From the NCBI GenBank assembly GCA_021498095.1, contig JAIZWK010000001.1, positions 1,410,001 to 1,442,000 on the forward strand: DNA of 32,000 nucleotides, written 5' to 3'. Of this stretch, positions 16,838 to 25,938 are shown piece after piece; position 1 is the stretch's first letter, and each line of letters starts with the position of its first letter. Made by a program: the position numbers and the translations under genes. The stretch is from Candidatus Harpocratesius repetitus. Lineage in GTDB: Archaea > Asgardarchaeota > Lokiarchaeia > Sigyniarchaeales > Promethearchaeaceae. Below the pieces are notes generated by a model that worked only from the letters and a program-made list of their open reading frames with translations, ran no database searches and had not been told where the DNA came from.

Positions 16838-17812
16838 TTAATTATTATTTTTCATTGCTTTGTGAAAGAAAGAGCAATTGAGAAGAACTTTAGATTTTTC
16901 TATAAAATGATGCGGATGGTATCGCATTTTTGCTGTTCGTAAATTATTTTTTCCTAAATCCTGTTCTCGGTTAATGTACTTTATGTGAGAGGGAAGTTGG
17001 GTGCTAAATTGATTGACGAGTGCTTCGTATATTCCTCTATAAGATGTATCTGCTTTTTCTATATGAATTAACATCGTATCACTTGATATTTCTTCCGCTA
17101 TCGAAAATGCAGCAATTTTATTTTCAATCCATAGAACTCCCCCACTTAGATTAAATTTATTCCATTCATGTAATATCTCATAAATTGCTTGATCTTCATG
17201 AGATAGGCTGGTATCATCTGCACATGCATGTAAATCGCACCAATTAGTTTGAAGGTCGAGGATCTCTTGGTATATTGAGGACGAGATTGGTTCATAACGC
17301 CAAGAGTATTGTGATTTGAATTTATTCATGTTTTTACGAAAATTTGCATATTTTTTTCCTGGTAATTCGCTTAAATCACTCCGTAAATAAATATAATCCC
17401 AATTTGAACGATCTGATTCAATTTTTAGAAAAGAAGTAATATTTGGATATTCTTTAATTATAGTTAATAGAGAATTGGGAACTCTATCGAAAATAACTTC
17501 ATCCTGACTTTCATCACTATGGATATTCCAAGATTTCAGTAATTCAATCACTTTTTTCCATTGTTTTGATTCAGAACAAATAGGAGGAAAAAATATTATT
17601 CGTTCCTTTCCATTTTCAATTTTATTTTTATTTACAGAAATAAGAAAGAATATATCATCTACAAATGCCCAACGGAAGGAGTAATAATTCCTCCACATAT
17701 ATAAATTCGTAAAAGAGTATTCTGAAATTTTATAATTTGAGTCCCAGAGAATTTTTGATAGAATATTTTTATCTTCCAAACGAATTGGAGAAAAAAATGA
17801 AGGTAATTGCAT
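16838..17812 (-). CDS. Stand-alone DUF2156 / aminoacyl-phosphatidylglycerol-synthase catalytic-domain-like protein
   Basis: SEYSFTNLYMW, DRSNWDYIY...L..L.GKKY, IHIEKA...RGIY and YINREQDLG...LRTAKMRYHP motifs; no flippase TM domain. Confidence 0.88.
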   Translation of the reverse strand: MQLPSFFSPIRLEDKNILSKILWDSNYKISEYSFTNLYMWRNYYSFRWAFVDDIFFLISVNKNKIENGKERIIFFPPICSESKQWKKVIELLKSWNIHSDESQDEVIFDRVPNSLLTIIKEYPNITSFLKIESDRSNWDYIYLRSDLSELPGKKYANFRKNMNKFKSQYSWRYEPISSSIYQEILDLQTNWCDLHACADDTSLSHEDQAIYEILHEWNKFNLSGGVLWIENKIAAFSIAEEISSDTMLIHIEKADTSYRGIYEALVNQFSTQLPSHIKYINREQDLGKNNLRTAKMRYHPHHFIEKSKVLLNCSFFHKAMKNNN

Positions 17813-17895
17813 AATGAAAAAAGAGAATTTTTAATATTAAAAATTCTTGTTATAAAGAAGAAGAATTCTGGAATTTTTCTGATAATTTAGAAGAT

Positions 17896-19455
17896 TCAAT
17901 AGGGGATTTTTATTTTTCTTAAAATAAAGGTAATAATTGAAATGAGAATAATTAAATTTAAAACAGGAAATCCTGGTATTTTTAAGTTATTATTATCATT
18001 ATTTGGTTCTGTATTTGTATTGTTGTCCGGTGCATCATTGTCAGATTTGCTTATTTTATGGAGCTCGTTAATATTATTTGCATTTAAATAGTAATTATCA
18101 ACTGTGGTTAAATAATATAATCCTTTATTGATCTTTTCACAATTTGTAATTATTCCATCTTCAGATGGGTTATTTTTGCTCCAAATTCCTTTGGCTGAAT
18201 ATACATTTGTGGTCTCATTATACTCAAGGGATACTGCGCTCCAATTCAAATATACTTCAATATTCATTACAATGGGGGAATAATCATTGTCCCAATACAT
18301 CCAATGAATAAATTGACCCGAACTGGTTGAAGTGTGAGTCTGATCAAAACCAATTATTTCAGAAACATTTCCCACAACATCTTGGTATTTTACAGAATCT
18401 ATTTCACGTTTTGGTGCTGTAAAAACATTAGATGGAGTGAAAATAGTTTCAAGTCCAGAATGTAATGTTACTGCAATCGAAAAATTATGATTTTTAATGA
18501 ATTCAACTAAATGCTTAGTACAATTTTCTGATAGTGATTTATTCCCATGAAAATTTTCCGATCGAGGATCAAAATCTGAATATACCGGGTTTGCAAAATT
18601 ATATGGATAATTACGATTTGGATCTACTCCTCCAGGAACATCTTCTCCGATCTTTCCATCACCATCCAAATCAATTCCTTCAAAGCCAATCATCGTCCAT
18701 TTAATATCATTTTCTTCAATAGCATAAGCGGTAATATAACCATCATTATCAATATCTTGTGGTTCGAAAATTAATCCTGTTTCATTGAATTCATCACTAA
18801 ATCCATCTCCGTCTTCATCAAATGGATGTAGTGTTTTTCTCTGCCAAGAAAATTGGGAGATAATGCTTGCCCCATCAACATTTAATGATGGGATTACATA
18901 TATTTCTTTCTCATTAAGAACTGAAATACCCAAAGAAGATGAAGTAGAATAGTTATATACTATGGAATCTATGAAATAGAGTGCATTTTCAACAGTAATT
19001 TGTTCTCGTGCATGATGTTGAGCAATTACTATAATTTGTATTTTATCATTTGAATTGGATTCATTCGTAATTCGAATAAAAGGGATATTCCGACCATAAT
19101 ATGATTTTCCTATAAATCCAAAATCAATAATTTCAGGAAAACTCTGATTTAATTTGGTTAATTTGTCTATTATTTCAGTATAATTATGAAAAGCACCATA
19201 AGAAGGTCCAAAAAGAAGAATATCATCACCATCGATCCATGAATGGAGATTGTGTTGTTCTTCCCAATAAAAGATATAATTTGAACTTAGGATTCTAGGT
19301 AATTGTATCTCATTATCTTGCTTTTCTGTGTTAACATTACTATTTTCATTAATATTAACTTGAAGAATTAAGGTTGGGGCAAAAGTCAGTAGTGTTAGAG
19401 CAAAGAGAATAATCGCTTTCCTATTTTTTAAGTAAATAATTTTCAAAATAATCAT
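17896..19455 (-). CDS. Secreted M14 zinc carboxypeptidase with C-terminal Loki-CTERM/PGF-CTERM-like sorting signal
   Basis: N-terminal signal peptide; HAREQ (HxxE), PSLNVDG, DPNRNY and LHSG motifs; C-terminal N/D-rich linker, IPGF, TM helix, RKIK. Confidence 0.9.
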   Translation of the reverse strand: MIILKIIYLKNRKAIILFALTLLTFAPTLILQVNINENSNVNTEKQDNEIQLPRILSSNYIFYWEEQHNLHSWIDGDDILLFGPSYGAFHNYTEIIDKLTKLNQSFPEIIDFGFIGKSYYGRNIPFIRITNESNSNDKIQIIVIAQHHAREQITVENALYFIDSIVYNYSTSSSLGISVLNEKEIYVIPSLNVDGASIISQFSWQRKTLHPFDEDGDGFSDEFNETGLIFEPQDIDNDGYITAYAIEENDIKWTMIGFEGIDLDGDGKIGEDVPGGVDPNRNYPYNFANPVYSDFDPRSENFHGNKSLSENCTKHLVEFIKNHNFSIAVTLHSGLETIFTPSNVFTAPKREIDSVKYQDVVGNVSEIIGFDQTHTSTSSGQFIHWMYWDNDYSPIVMNIEVYLNWSAVSLEYNETTNVYSAKGIWSKNNPSEDGIITNCEKINKGLYYLTTVDNYYLNANNINELHKISKSDNDAPDNNTNTEPNNDNNNLKIPGFPVLNLIILISIITFILRKIKIPY

Positions 19456-19613
19456 TAGAAAAAAGTTATAATCATATATAAATGTTAATAAAAATGAATA
19501 GAAAAATAATTTTAGAACATTTCATATATTCGATTTACCCCATTCTAAATTCAATTTAATTTTGTGATCATACAAAAAATATTAATAATTACGAATATTC
19601 ATTTTAATATAAT

Positions 19614-20714
19614 ATGATTCCACAGAACCTTCTAAAAGGATATAAGTTACTCCTTGAATTCTTTGAAAAGGAAGGTTTTTTGAAAGCGAGAAATCCCAAA
19701 ATCACTCAAATTAATGCTCATGTTTTTCTATTTGGTGCAATCTCGCAAAAGAATCTTCAAAAATTAACTTATATCTCTCAAAGCACATTATCAAGAATAC
19801 TAAGTAAATTGGTTCGAAACAATATTCTTTCAATTAGCCCTAAAGAAAATAATAAATCTCTATTTTATTACTTCTCAGAAAGCAGAAATATTATAGGTTT
19901 GAAAAGTAATATTGATTATGCTAGACAAGCAATTAAAGATTCAAAATCTTTAATATCACTAATTTCTGAATTTCCAGAAGACTATTCAAATAATTCTAGT
20001 TATAAAATATTAAAAAATCAAATTATTGAAACTTTAATTCAAATTGGATTGACTCATTACAGATTTTCTCAATTAATTTCATCAAAACAATCTCCTTCAA
20101 ATTCTTCATTTCCTTATTCAATTTTTCATCAATATACCACTAATTGGAAAAATCCTGATATTTATTTCTTGAAAGCATCAAAATTACAAGAGCCATATTT
20201 TGATAAAACCCTAACGGAGATTGAAACCCATTATATTAAAACAACTTACGGTAAAATGCATGAATCAATGGTGAAAAGAAGCGATCTTCTAATAAATGCT
20301 TATTGCACCACTAGAAAAATTATTTCCCAACCTACGTTGCATAAATTAACCGGGTTTTCGATCCCATTAATCTCGAAAATTCTAAAAAAGCATATTCAAC
20401 TCGGACAATTAATAATGATTGATCCACACAAATCCGTTTCAGGTCGAACTTTGTATTATACAAAAGCTCTCCCTTTGATTCAGATGGAAAATGAAATTTT
20501 TTACTTAACCGAATTATTAAAATTTAAACCAAAGTTTCAATCTTTTTTTTCAGAAATTAAGAATTTTTCTCCACACGAACGAATCCATCCTTTATATTAT
20601 AAATTCTTCTGGGTATTTCATGTTTTATTATCAGATATTATTCCAGAATTCGAAAAAAGATTGGATATGGCAACTTCAATTTACAAAAACGGGACATTGC
20701 AATTTGCATTATAA
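19614..20714 (+). CDS. Protein with two winged-HTH (GbsR/MarR-like) modules
   Basis: GAISQKNLQKLTYISQSTLSRILSKL and KIISQPTLHKLTGFSIPLISKILKKH are mutually similar HTH segments. Confidence 0.65.
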   Translation: MIPQNLLKGYKLLLEFFEKEGFLKARNPKITQINAHVFLFGAISQKNLQKLTYISQSTLSRILSKLVRNNILSISPKENNKSLFYYFSESRNIIGLKSNIDYARQAIKDSKSLISLISEFPEDYSNNSSYKILKNQIIETLIQIGLTHYRFSQLISSKQSPSNSSFPYSIFHQYTTNWKNPDIYFLKASKLQEPYFDKTLTEIETHYIKTTYGKMHESMVKRSDLLINAYCTTRKIISQPTLHKLTGFSIPLISKILKKHIQLGQLIMIDPHKSVSGRTLYYTKALPLIQMENEIFYLTELLKFKPKFQSFFSEIKNFSPHERIHPLYYKFFWVFHVLLSDIIPEFEKRLDMATSIYKNGTLQFAL

Positions 20715-21338
20715 TTATTTCTCTTGGTAATTAAGAATATAACGCTCTAAAGGAAGAATTACCATCTCTGCAAAAGCTTCTGCATGAAGTTTTGGTTTAG
20801 GATCATCAAATCCGTTTGGAGTTGAATATATATTTCCATGCACTTCAATTACTTTTTTTTGCTTAATTTCATCAGATGAGTATTGTACTGAAACTTCTCC
20901 TTTAATATAGATTATTTGGTCAATTAGGACAGGTTTACGATATTTTATTGTCATCTCTTTGGTAACTCCATATTTTCCATACCCCCTGTATACAGCGTGT
21001 GCCATTACTTCATCCAACAAAGTTGCTAATATTCCACCATGACTAAATCTTGGAAATCCGCAGTAATCATATTTTACCTTAAATTTCGAGTAAACAGAGA
21101 ATTTTTTTTCTCTAAAATTTCCTTCATCTTGAATTTTTAATTTATTAATCTTGAGATCTTCATTCAATGGAGAAGAAAAAAATTGTAGATGAAGACCAAT
21201 GGGATTAGAAGAAGAACAACCAAAACAATAATGATCAATTCCATCTGGGACATAAACTTCCAATTTTTCTAATCCGGCAGTATAAAATTCTTCATACTGA
21301 TTTTTTTCATCAATGTTTTCTTTATTCATTTTCTTCAT
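20715..21338 (-). CDS. PaaI-family hotdog-fold thioesterase
   Basis: CFGC..SNPIGL.L.F, HGGILATLLDEVM, TIKYRKPV motifs. Confidence 0.9.
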   Translation of the reverse strand: MKKMNKENIDEKNQYEEFYTAGLEKLEVYVPDGIDHYCFGCSSSNPIGLHLQFFSSPLNEDLKINKLKIQDEGNFREKKFSVYSKFKVKYDYCGFPRFSHGGILATLLDEVMAHAVYRGYGKYGVTKEMTIKYRKPVLIDQIIYIKGEVSVQYSSDEIKQKKVIEVHGNIYSTPNGFDDPKPKLHAEAFAEMVILPLERYILNYQEK

Positions 21339-21379
21339 CTTTCTATATTTAATTCATTTCCTTTAATTCAATATTATCT

Positions 21380-23167
21380 TTAATTATTTGTAAAGTAGCC
21401 GTATATTTCATCTTTAGAAATTTGCTTAAGTTTTACATATCCATAACGTTCAAATTGAACGATGTCACCAACCTTTAAATCTTTCAAATATTTGGTTGCA
21501 TATCCGGTTGTAATTATTCCATCTGGTTGTAGTACTTTAGTAAAAATACTTTCATCTGCAGGTACAACTTGAACTTTTCGAGAATTGTGGCTCATTTCTT
21601 GGGAGTGGAAATATACTTTTATAGGATCATTCATTTCTTTGACTTCTACATTGAACATGTCCTTAAATCGTAAAATTTGACCCGCATCTAATTTTGGATA
21701 TAGTAATTTGCCCCTTTTATTTCGATATTCATGTAAATCTGATTCTGCAATGTAAACTCTTGCTTTTCCTTCTTTTATAGGTAATTCTATTTTGCGAGTT
21801 CCTCTTTCTGGAAAATTAGGATGGAGCAGTGGTTCAGCAGTAAATTTATCAAATGGAATCTTCTCGATAAGCACAGAATGTGGATTTTCGACAAACCAAT
21901 AACGATTTGCATGTTCATCGATTAGTTTCGTGTTTTTTGCATATACCCATTTTTTATCAAATTCAATTCCCCTATTTGACATACCCAGATCTAACAAAGC
22001 TTCGCGAACTGCTGATGGCTGGATGCCGCGAGCAGCTAATGATTGCAGGCTCCAAGTGCGAGGATCACTCCAACCTTCATATTCTCCACTGTAAACATTT
22101 TGTCGTGCTAGTGTTTTTGATAATTTGAATTCACCGGAAAATTTCAACCGACCGTAAAGTTGAATTTCAGCGTGCGGCCATCCATAAAGATCCCAAATGA
22201 ATTTTTCAATTTCCCCTTCTTTTCGAAGATCTATTCCTCTAACAATATGAGTAACTCCTAAAAGGTGATCATCTAATCCCCAAGACCATTCTAAAACAGG
22301 CCATAATCTAACTTTAGATCCTATTCTAGGATGAGGTGCATCAGAAATTCGCATTAAAATATGATCTCTTAAAGCAGGATCTTTTTGATTCATTCCTGTT
22401 TTTAAACGAACTACTGCACCTTGTTCTGCGATTGTCCCATCCTTCATTTTTTCATACATATCCATATGATATTCTATTGATTTTCCTCGGCATGGGCAAT
22501 CTTTTCCAGGACGTTTGTATTCTTCTCGAAATGTTTTAGGATCACAAGTACAAACATACGCATGTCCTTGTGCTATTAATTTTTCTGCTTCTTCTTGATA
22601 GATCTGGACACGATCACTTTTATAATAAACTTCATGATATTTGACACCTAACCATTCCAATCCTTCTGGAATTAAATCATAAGCTTCTGGAATTACATAT
22701 TTTGCTTTGGGATCGTCCATTTGAGCAAGTGTTGTTCCGATAGTATCATCGAAGACTAATAATAGTTTTCCTTGATATCGCTTTACGTATTCATCATTGA
22801 GTACAACCATTCGAGCATTGCCAATATGTAGTGCACCTGAAGGATATGGAGCTAGTCGCATAATAACTTTTCCTTTTTCGGCATTGGGTAAGTCTGGAAG
22901 TATTTTTTCTTCCTTTTGTGCTTTTTCTTCTGGATCTAAAGCATGGGAGTCAAGTTGTAATACTTTTTTTGTTTGTTCTTCAATGGTTAATTGATTAATT
23001 TGCTCAACAATTACTTGAACCTTTGGTTTTATTATTTTACCTTGTGAACGCAAATCAGGTCGATCTCTCATTAATTTTCCAATAACTGCTTTATTATTCG
23101 CTTTTCCTTTGAAATGGATTGCATTTTTTAAACCTTCAATCCAAATAATTTTATCAATTTCATCCAT
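21380..23167 (-). CDS. gltX: Glutamate--tRNA ligase (archaeal type)
   Basis: RLAPYPSGALHIGN (HIGH), THIVRGIDL, KLSKT (KMSKS), C-terminal QFERYGY; archaeal N-terminal extension. Confidence 0.97.
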   Translation of the reverse strand: MDEIDKIIWIEGLKNAIHFKGKANNKAVIGKLMRDRPDLRSQGKIIKPKVQVIVEQINQLTIEEQTKKVLQLDSHALDPEEKAQKEEKILPDLPNAEKGKVIMRLAPYPSGALHIGNARMVVLNDEYVKRYQGKLLLVFDDTIGTTLAQMDDPKAKYVIPEAYDLIPEGLEWLGVKYHEVYYKSDRVQIYQEEAEKLIAQGHAYVCTCDPKTFREEYKRPGKDCPCRGKSIEYHMDMYEKMKDGTIAEQGAVVRLKTGMNQKDPALRDHILMRISDAPHPRIGSKVRLWPVLEWSWGLDDHLLGVTHIVRGIDLRKEGEIEKFIWDLYGWPHAEIQLYGRLKFSGEFKLSKTLARQNVYSGEYEGWSDPRTWSLQSLAARGIQPSAVREALLDLGMSNRGIEFDKKWVYAKNTKLIDEHANRYWFVENPHSVLIEKIPFDKFTAEPLLHPNFPERGTRKIELPIKEGKARVYIAESDLHEYRNKRGKLLYPKLDAGQILRFKDMFNVEVKEMNDPIKVYFHSQEMSHNSRKVQVVPADESIFTKVLQPDGIITTGYATKYLKDLKVGDIVQFERYGYVKLKQISKDEIYGYFTNN

Positions 23168-23271
23168 ATATCAATAAATACAAAATGAATATTGAAATTT
23201 TGCTTTAGAAGATGAACATTGAAAAGGAAGCGTTTCTATTTATTTAAATATAATAAATAAGGTCGAATTGC

Positions 23272-24480
23272 ATGAGCCACGATAAAACACCAGAGAACCT
23301 TACAAATTCTTCTACAAATACTGATCAAAATGATATAAATGAAAAAAATAATCCTCAAATCTCTTCAGATATTCTATCTGATACTTTCTATTGTGGAAAT
23401 TGTAATAAAGAGATGCGGTTTATTGATAATCCAAAATTTTGCATTAACTGTGGTATTCCATTCGTATTTGATGTACATGGACAGATCTTATTGGACAAAA
23501 CTAAACATTCATATATTAAACCACAGAATTTACCAACACAATTTGATCAAATTACTCCAAAATCTGATTCTTATTCAAATTATCCTTCACCTAATCAAAT
23601 TTCAAATTTATCTGAAGTTTATCAAACGAATACTACTCCGTATATAAATATTCCATCAAATATGTATTCTGGTAAAAAACGTTGGAGGAAAAGACGAAAT
23701 TGGAATGTATTAGCGGGTATATTTCTTCCTTTACTCACTTATATCGGAATTATGATTATTAGTGTTATTGTTTTAATTCCTGCAATTTTCATTCAAGGTT
23801 TAGAATTTTTATCTAATCGATCTCAATGGTGGGATTTTATTATCAGTGCATTTTCCATTCTCTTTTTTATTGTACCTTATTTTTGGATAAAGCGATATTA
23901 TCCAGGAAAATTAACTAAAAAGCAACGTTTAGCAGAATTGGGATTGGATTTCACAAAATATTCAAAACCTGAATTATATCGTGAAATAATACTTGGAGTA
24001 TTTTTGGGTTTTTTTGGAGTAATTATTGTAATTGGATTACAAATTATTGGTGGATGGTTGGTTAAATGGCTTTTTAACATAAATATGGAAATGTTAAGTC
24101 AATCAGATAGTTTTTCACAATTTACTCCAACAGTTCCTCAATCTCTTGGACAACTCCTTCTTTTTGTTTCTACAATGGTATTTTTTGTTGGGGTTCCAGA
24201 AGAGGTATTGTTTAGAGGATTTGTTCAACGCTCTTTTGAGTCAAAATTAAATAAACCTGCTGCTTTATTGCTTACTGCTCTTTATTTTGCTCTTTATCAT
24301 ATTTATGTATATATATTGATTCCACCTCTATTTTTCTATCTTAGCGTTTCATACTTAGGATTATCAATATATTTAGGTTTAATCCGTAATTGGCGGGGTG
24401 ATATAATAGCAACATCTGTTTTACATATGGTTTATAATTCCACCCAGATGATCATTATTTTTCTCATTTTTGCAAATTAA
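23272..24480 (+). CDS. CPBP intramembrane protease with N-terminal zinc ribbon and low-complexity linker
   Basis: CGNC...KFCINCG at the N-terminus; PEEVLFRG, FALYH and HMVYN motifs in the TM domain. Confidence 0.9.
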   Translation: MSHDKTPENLTNSSTNTDQNDINEKNNPQISSDILSDTFYCGNCNKEMRFIDNPKFCINCGIPFVFDVHGQILLDKTKHSYIKPQNLPTQFDQITPKSDSYSNYPSPNQISNLSEVYQTNTTPYINIPSNMYSGKKRWRKRRNWNVLAGIFLPLLTYIGIMIISVIVLIPAIFIQGLEFLSNRSQWWDFIISAFSILFFIVPYFWIKRYYPGKLTKKQRLAELGLDFTKYSKPELYREIILGVFLGFFGVIIVIGLQIIGGWLVKWLFNINMEMLSQSDSFSQFTPTVPQSLGQLLLFVSTMVFFVGVPEEVLFRGFVQRSFESKLNKPAALLLTALYFALYHIYVYILIPPLFFYLSVSYLGLSIYLGLIRNWRGDIIATSVLHMVYNSTQMIIIFLIFAN

Positions 24481-24500
24481 GATAAACAAGGTTATAAAAA

Positions 24501-25514
24501 ATGAGTGAAAAAAATATGAATTTTTTAGATTATTTTAGTAATCTTGCTTTAGGTTCTTACCAAACGATTCTAATTGGTGTATCATCTTCAAATAACTCAT
24601 TATTTTATCAAAGACTTTTTCCAATTCTTTATACTTATATTTCTCAAAGTGATCTAAAATTTATTCTTGTTGGAGAACATCCTCTAGTCGATTTACAAGA
24701 ATTTCCTGATTTTAAATTGATACTGGAAGAAAGTAGTCAGATTGAGACTGTCTCCAACCAATATCCGGAATTATTTTTAATAAAGTGTCTATTTAAATCA
24801 ACTGAATTTTTTACAGATCAAGGGTATAAAATTTTAGGTCCAAAAGCTGCAATCAGAGGTGCACTTAGTTCTTCCAAATTTCTTTTTGCATTACATAAAT
24901 TTCTTGAAAATATTGAACCACTTGAGAATATTCCCTTTATTCCTAATAATTTAATCTCCCGCTTAGCTTTACTCGAAACTGCACAAGGCAAACAATTCTT
25001 TTTTGCTGGTGTTGGAATTGATGAGGTTAATTCTTTGGAATCAAAGCAAGCAATGATTTTATTATCTAAAAAATTGTTCCAAAAATTGGGATGGAATCTG
25101 CATGTTGGAATTCTCAGTGGTGGAAGATTGTCCGATAGAGGGCGAGATCCTCGGGTTGATCAAACTATAGATGAAGCTCGACAACTTGAAGATATTTTTT
25201 CTTCAAAAAACCAAGAAGAACAAAATAATCTGGAGTTCGAGGTAAATCATTACCAAATTTTGATTGAACAGTCAATTTCTGATAAAGCTAACTTATTAGT
25301 TGCTCCAGATGGAATATCCGGAAATTTAATTTACAGAACACTTGTCCATTTGGGAGAAGGTAAATCATATGGTGCAATATACCTTAATATGCTTTTACAA
25401 TATGGGCGGATAATAATAGATTGCTCCCGCGTTGCACCCATTTTTGAATTAGAAGGTGCTATTTCCTTAGCTGCGGGATTATCAAAGTATTTCCAGTTTA
25501 AATCATATGATTGA
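24501..25514 (+). CDS. mtxX: MtxX / methanogenesis marker protein 4-like (phosphotransacetylase-like fold)
   Basis: AAIRGALSS, RLALLET, GVGIDE, GGRLSDRGR..RVDQTIDEA, APDGISGNLIYRTL and DCSR motifs. Confidence 0.82.
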   Translation: MSEKNMNFLDYFSNLALGSYQTILIGVSSSNNSLFYQRLFPILYTYISQSDLKFILVGEHPLVDLQEFPDFKLILEESSQIETVSNQYPELFLIKCLFKSTEFFTDQGYKILGPKAAIRGALSSSKFLFALHKFLENIEPLENIPFIPNNLISRLALLETAQGKQFFFAGVGIDEVNSLESKQAMILLSKKLFQKLGWNLHVGILSGGRLSDRGRDPRVDQTIDEARQLEDIFSSKNQEEQNNLEFEVNHYQILIEQSISDKANLLVAPDGISGNLIYRTLVHLGEGKSYGAIYLNMLLQYGRIIIDCSRVAPIFELEGAISLAAGLSKYFQFKSYD

Positions 25515-25584
25515 TTTATGATAATTTTTTATTTTAATTAAATACAATATTTTTATGTTTGCTTTCTTTAGGATACTCATTAAA

Positions 25585-25938
25585 ATGCCAACAATTGCGA
25601 AATATCAAATCAAATTATGGGTTAACGATCAACGTATCCCAATGAAACCTTACGTTAGTAATACTTTGGGTAATCTGTGCATTGCTTTTTTGAGTGAACT
25701 CAAAGGGTTTGATCTTGAAAGACTTTCTAAAATTCGAATATTTCCTCAAAATCCACCTGAAAAATTACTTGATTTACAAGTGGGTGAAGATTCTATTGAT
25801 TTGAAAGAATTTGTGCAAGTTCAAATGTGGAAATCACTTTTGGGTTTTATCTCAGTTTTGGATAAAGTTCCTGTTTCTCCAGATGAATTAGATAAAGCTA
25901 TCATAAAAATTGAATTGCTCAAGAGAAAAACAGAATGA
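25585..25938 (+). CDS. Small protein with internally duplicated domain (MobB C-terminal-like); start probably ATG 25585
   Basis: LWVNDQRIPMKPYVSNTLGNLCIAFLSELKG and LQVGEDSIDLKEFVQVQMWKSLLGFISVLDK align; stop overlaps the truA start (ATGA). Confidence 0.65.
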   Translation: MPTIAKYQIKLWVNDQRIPMKPYVSNTLGNLCIAFLSELKGFDLERLSKIRIFPQNPPEKLLDLQVGEDSIDLKEFVQVQMWKSLLGFISVLDKVPVSPDELDKAIIKIELLKRKTE

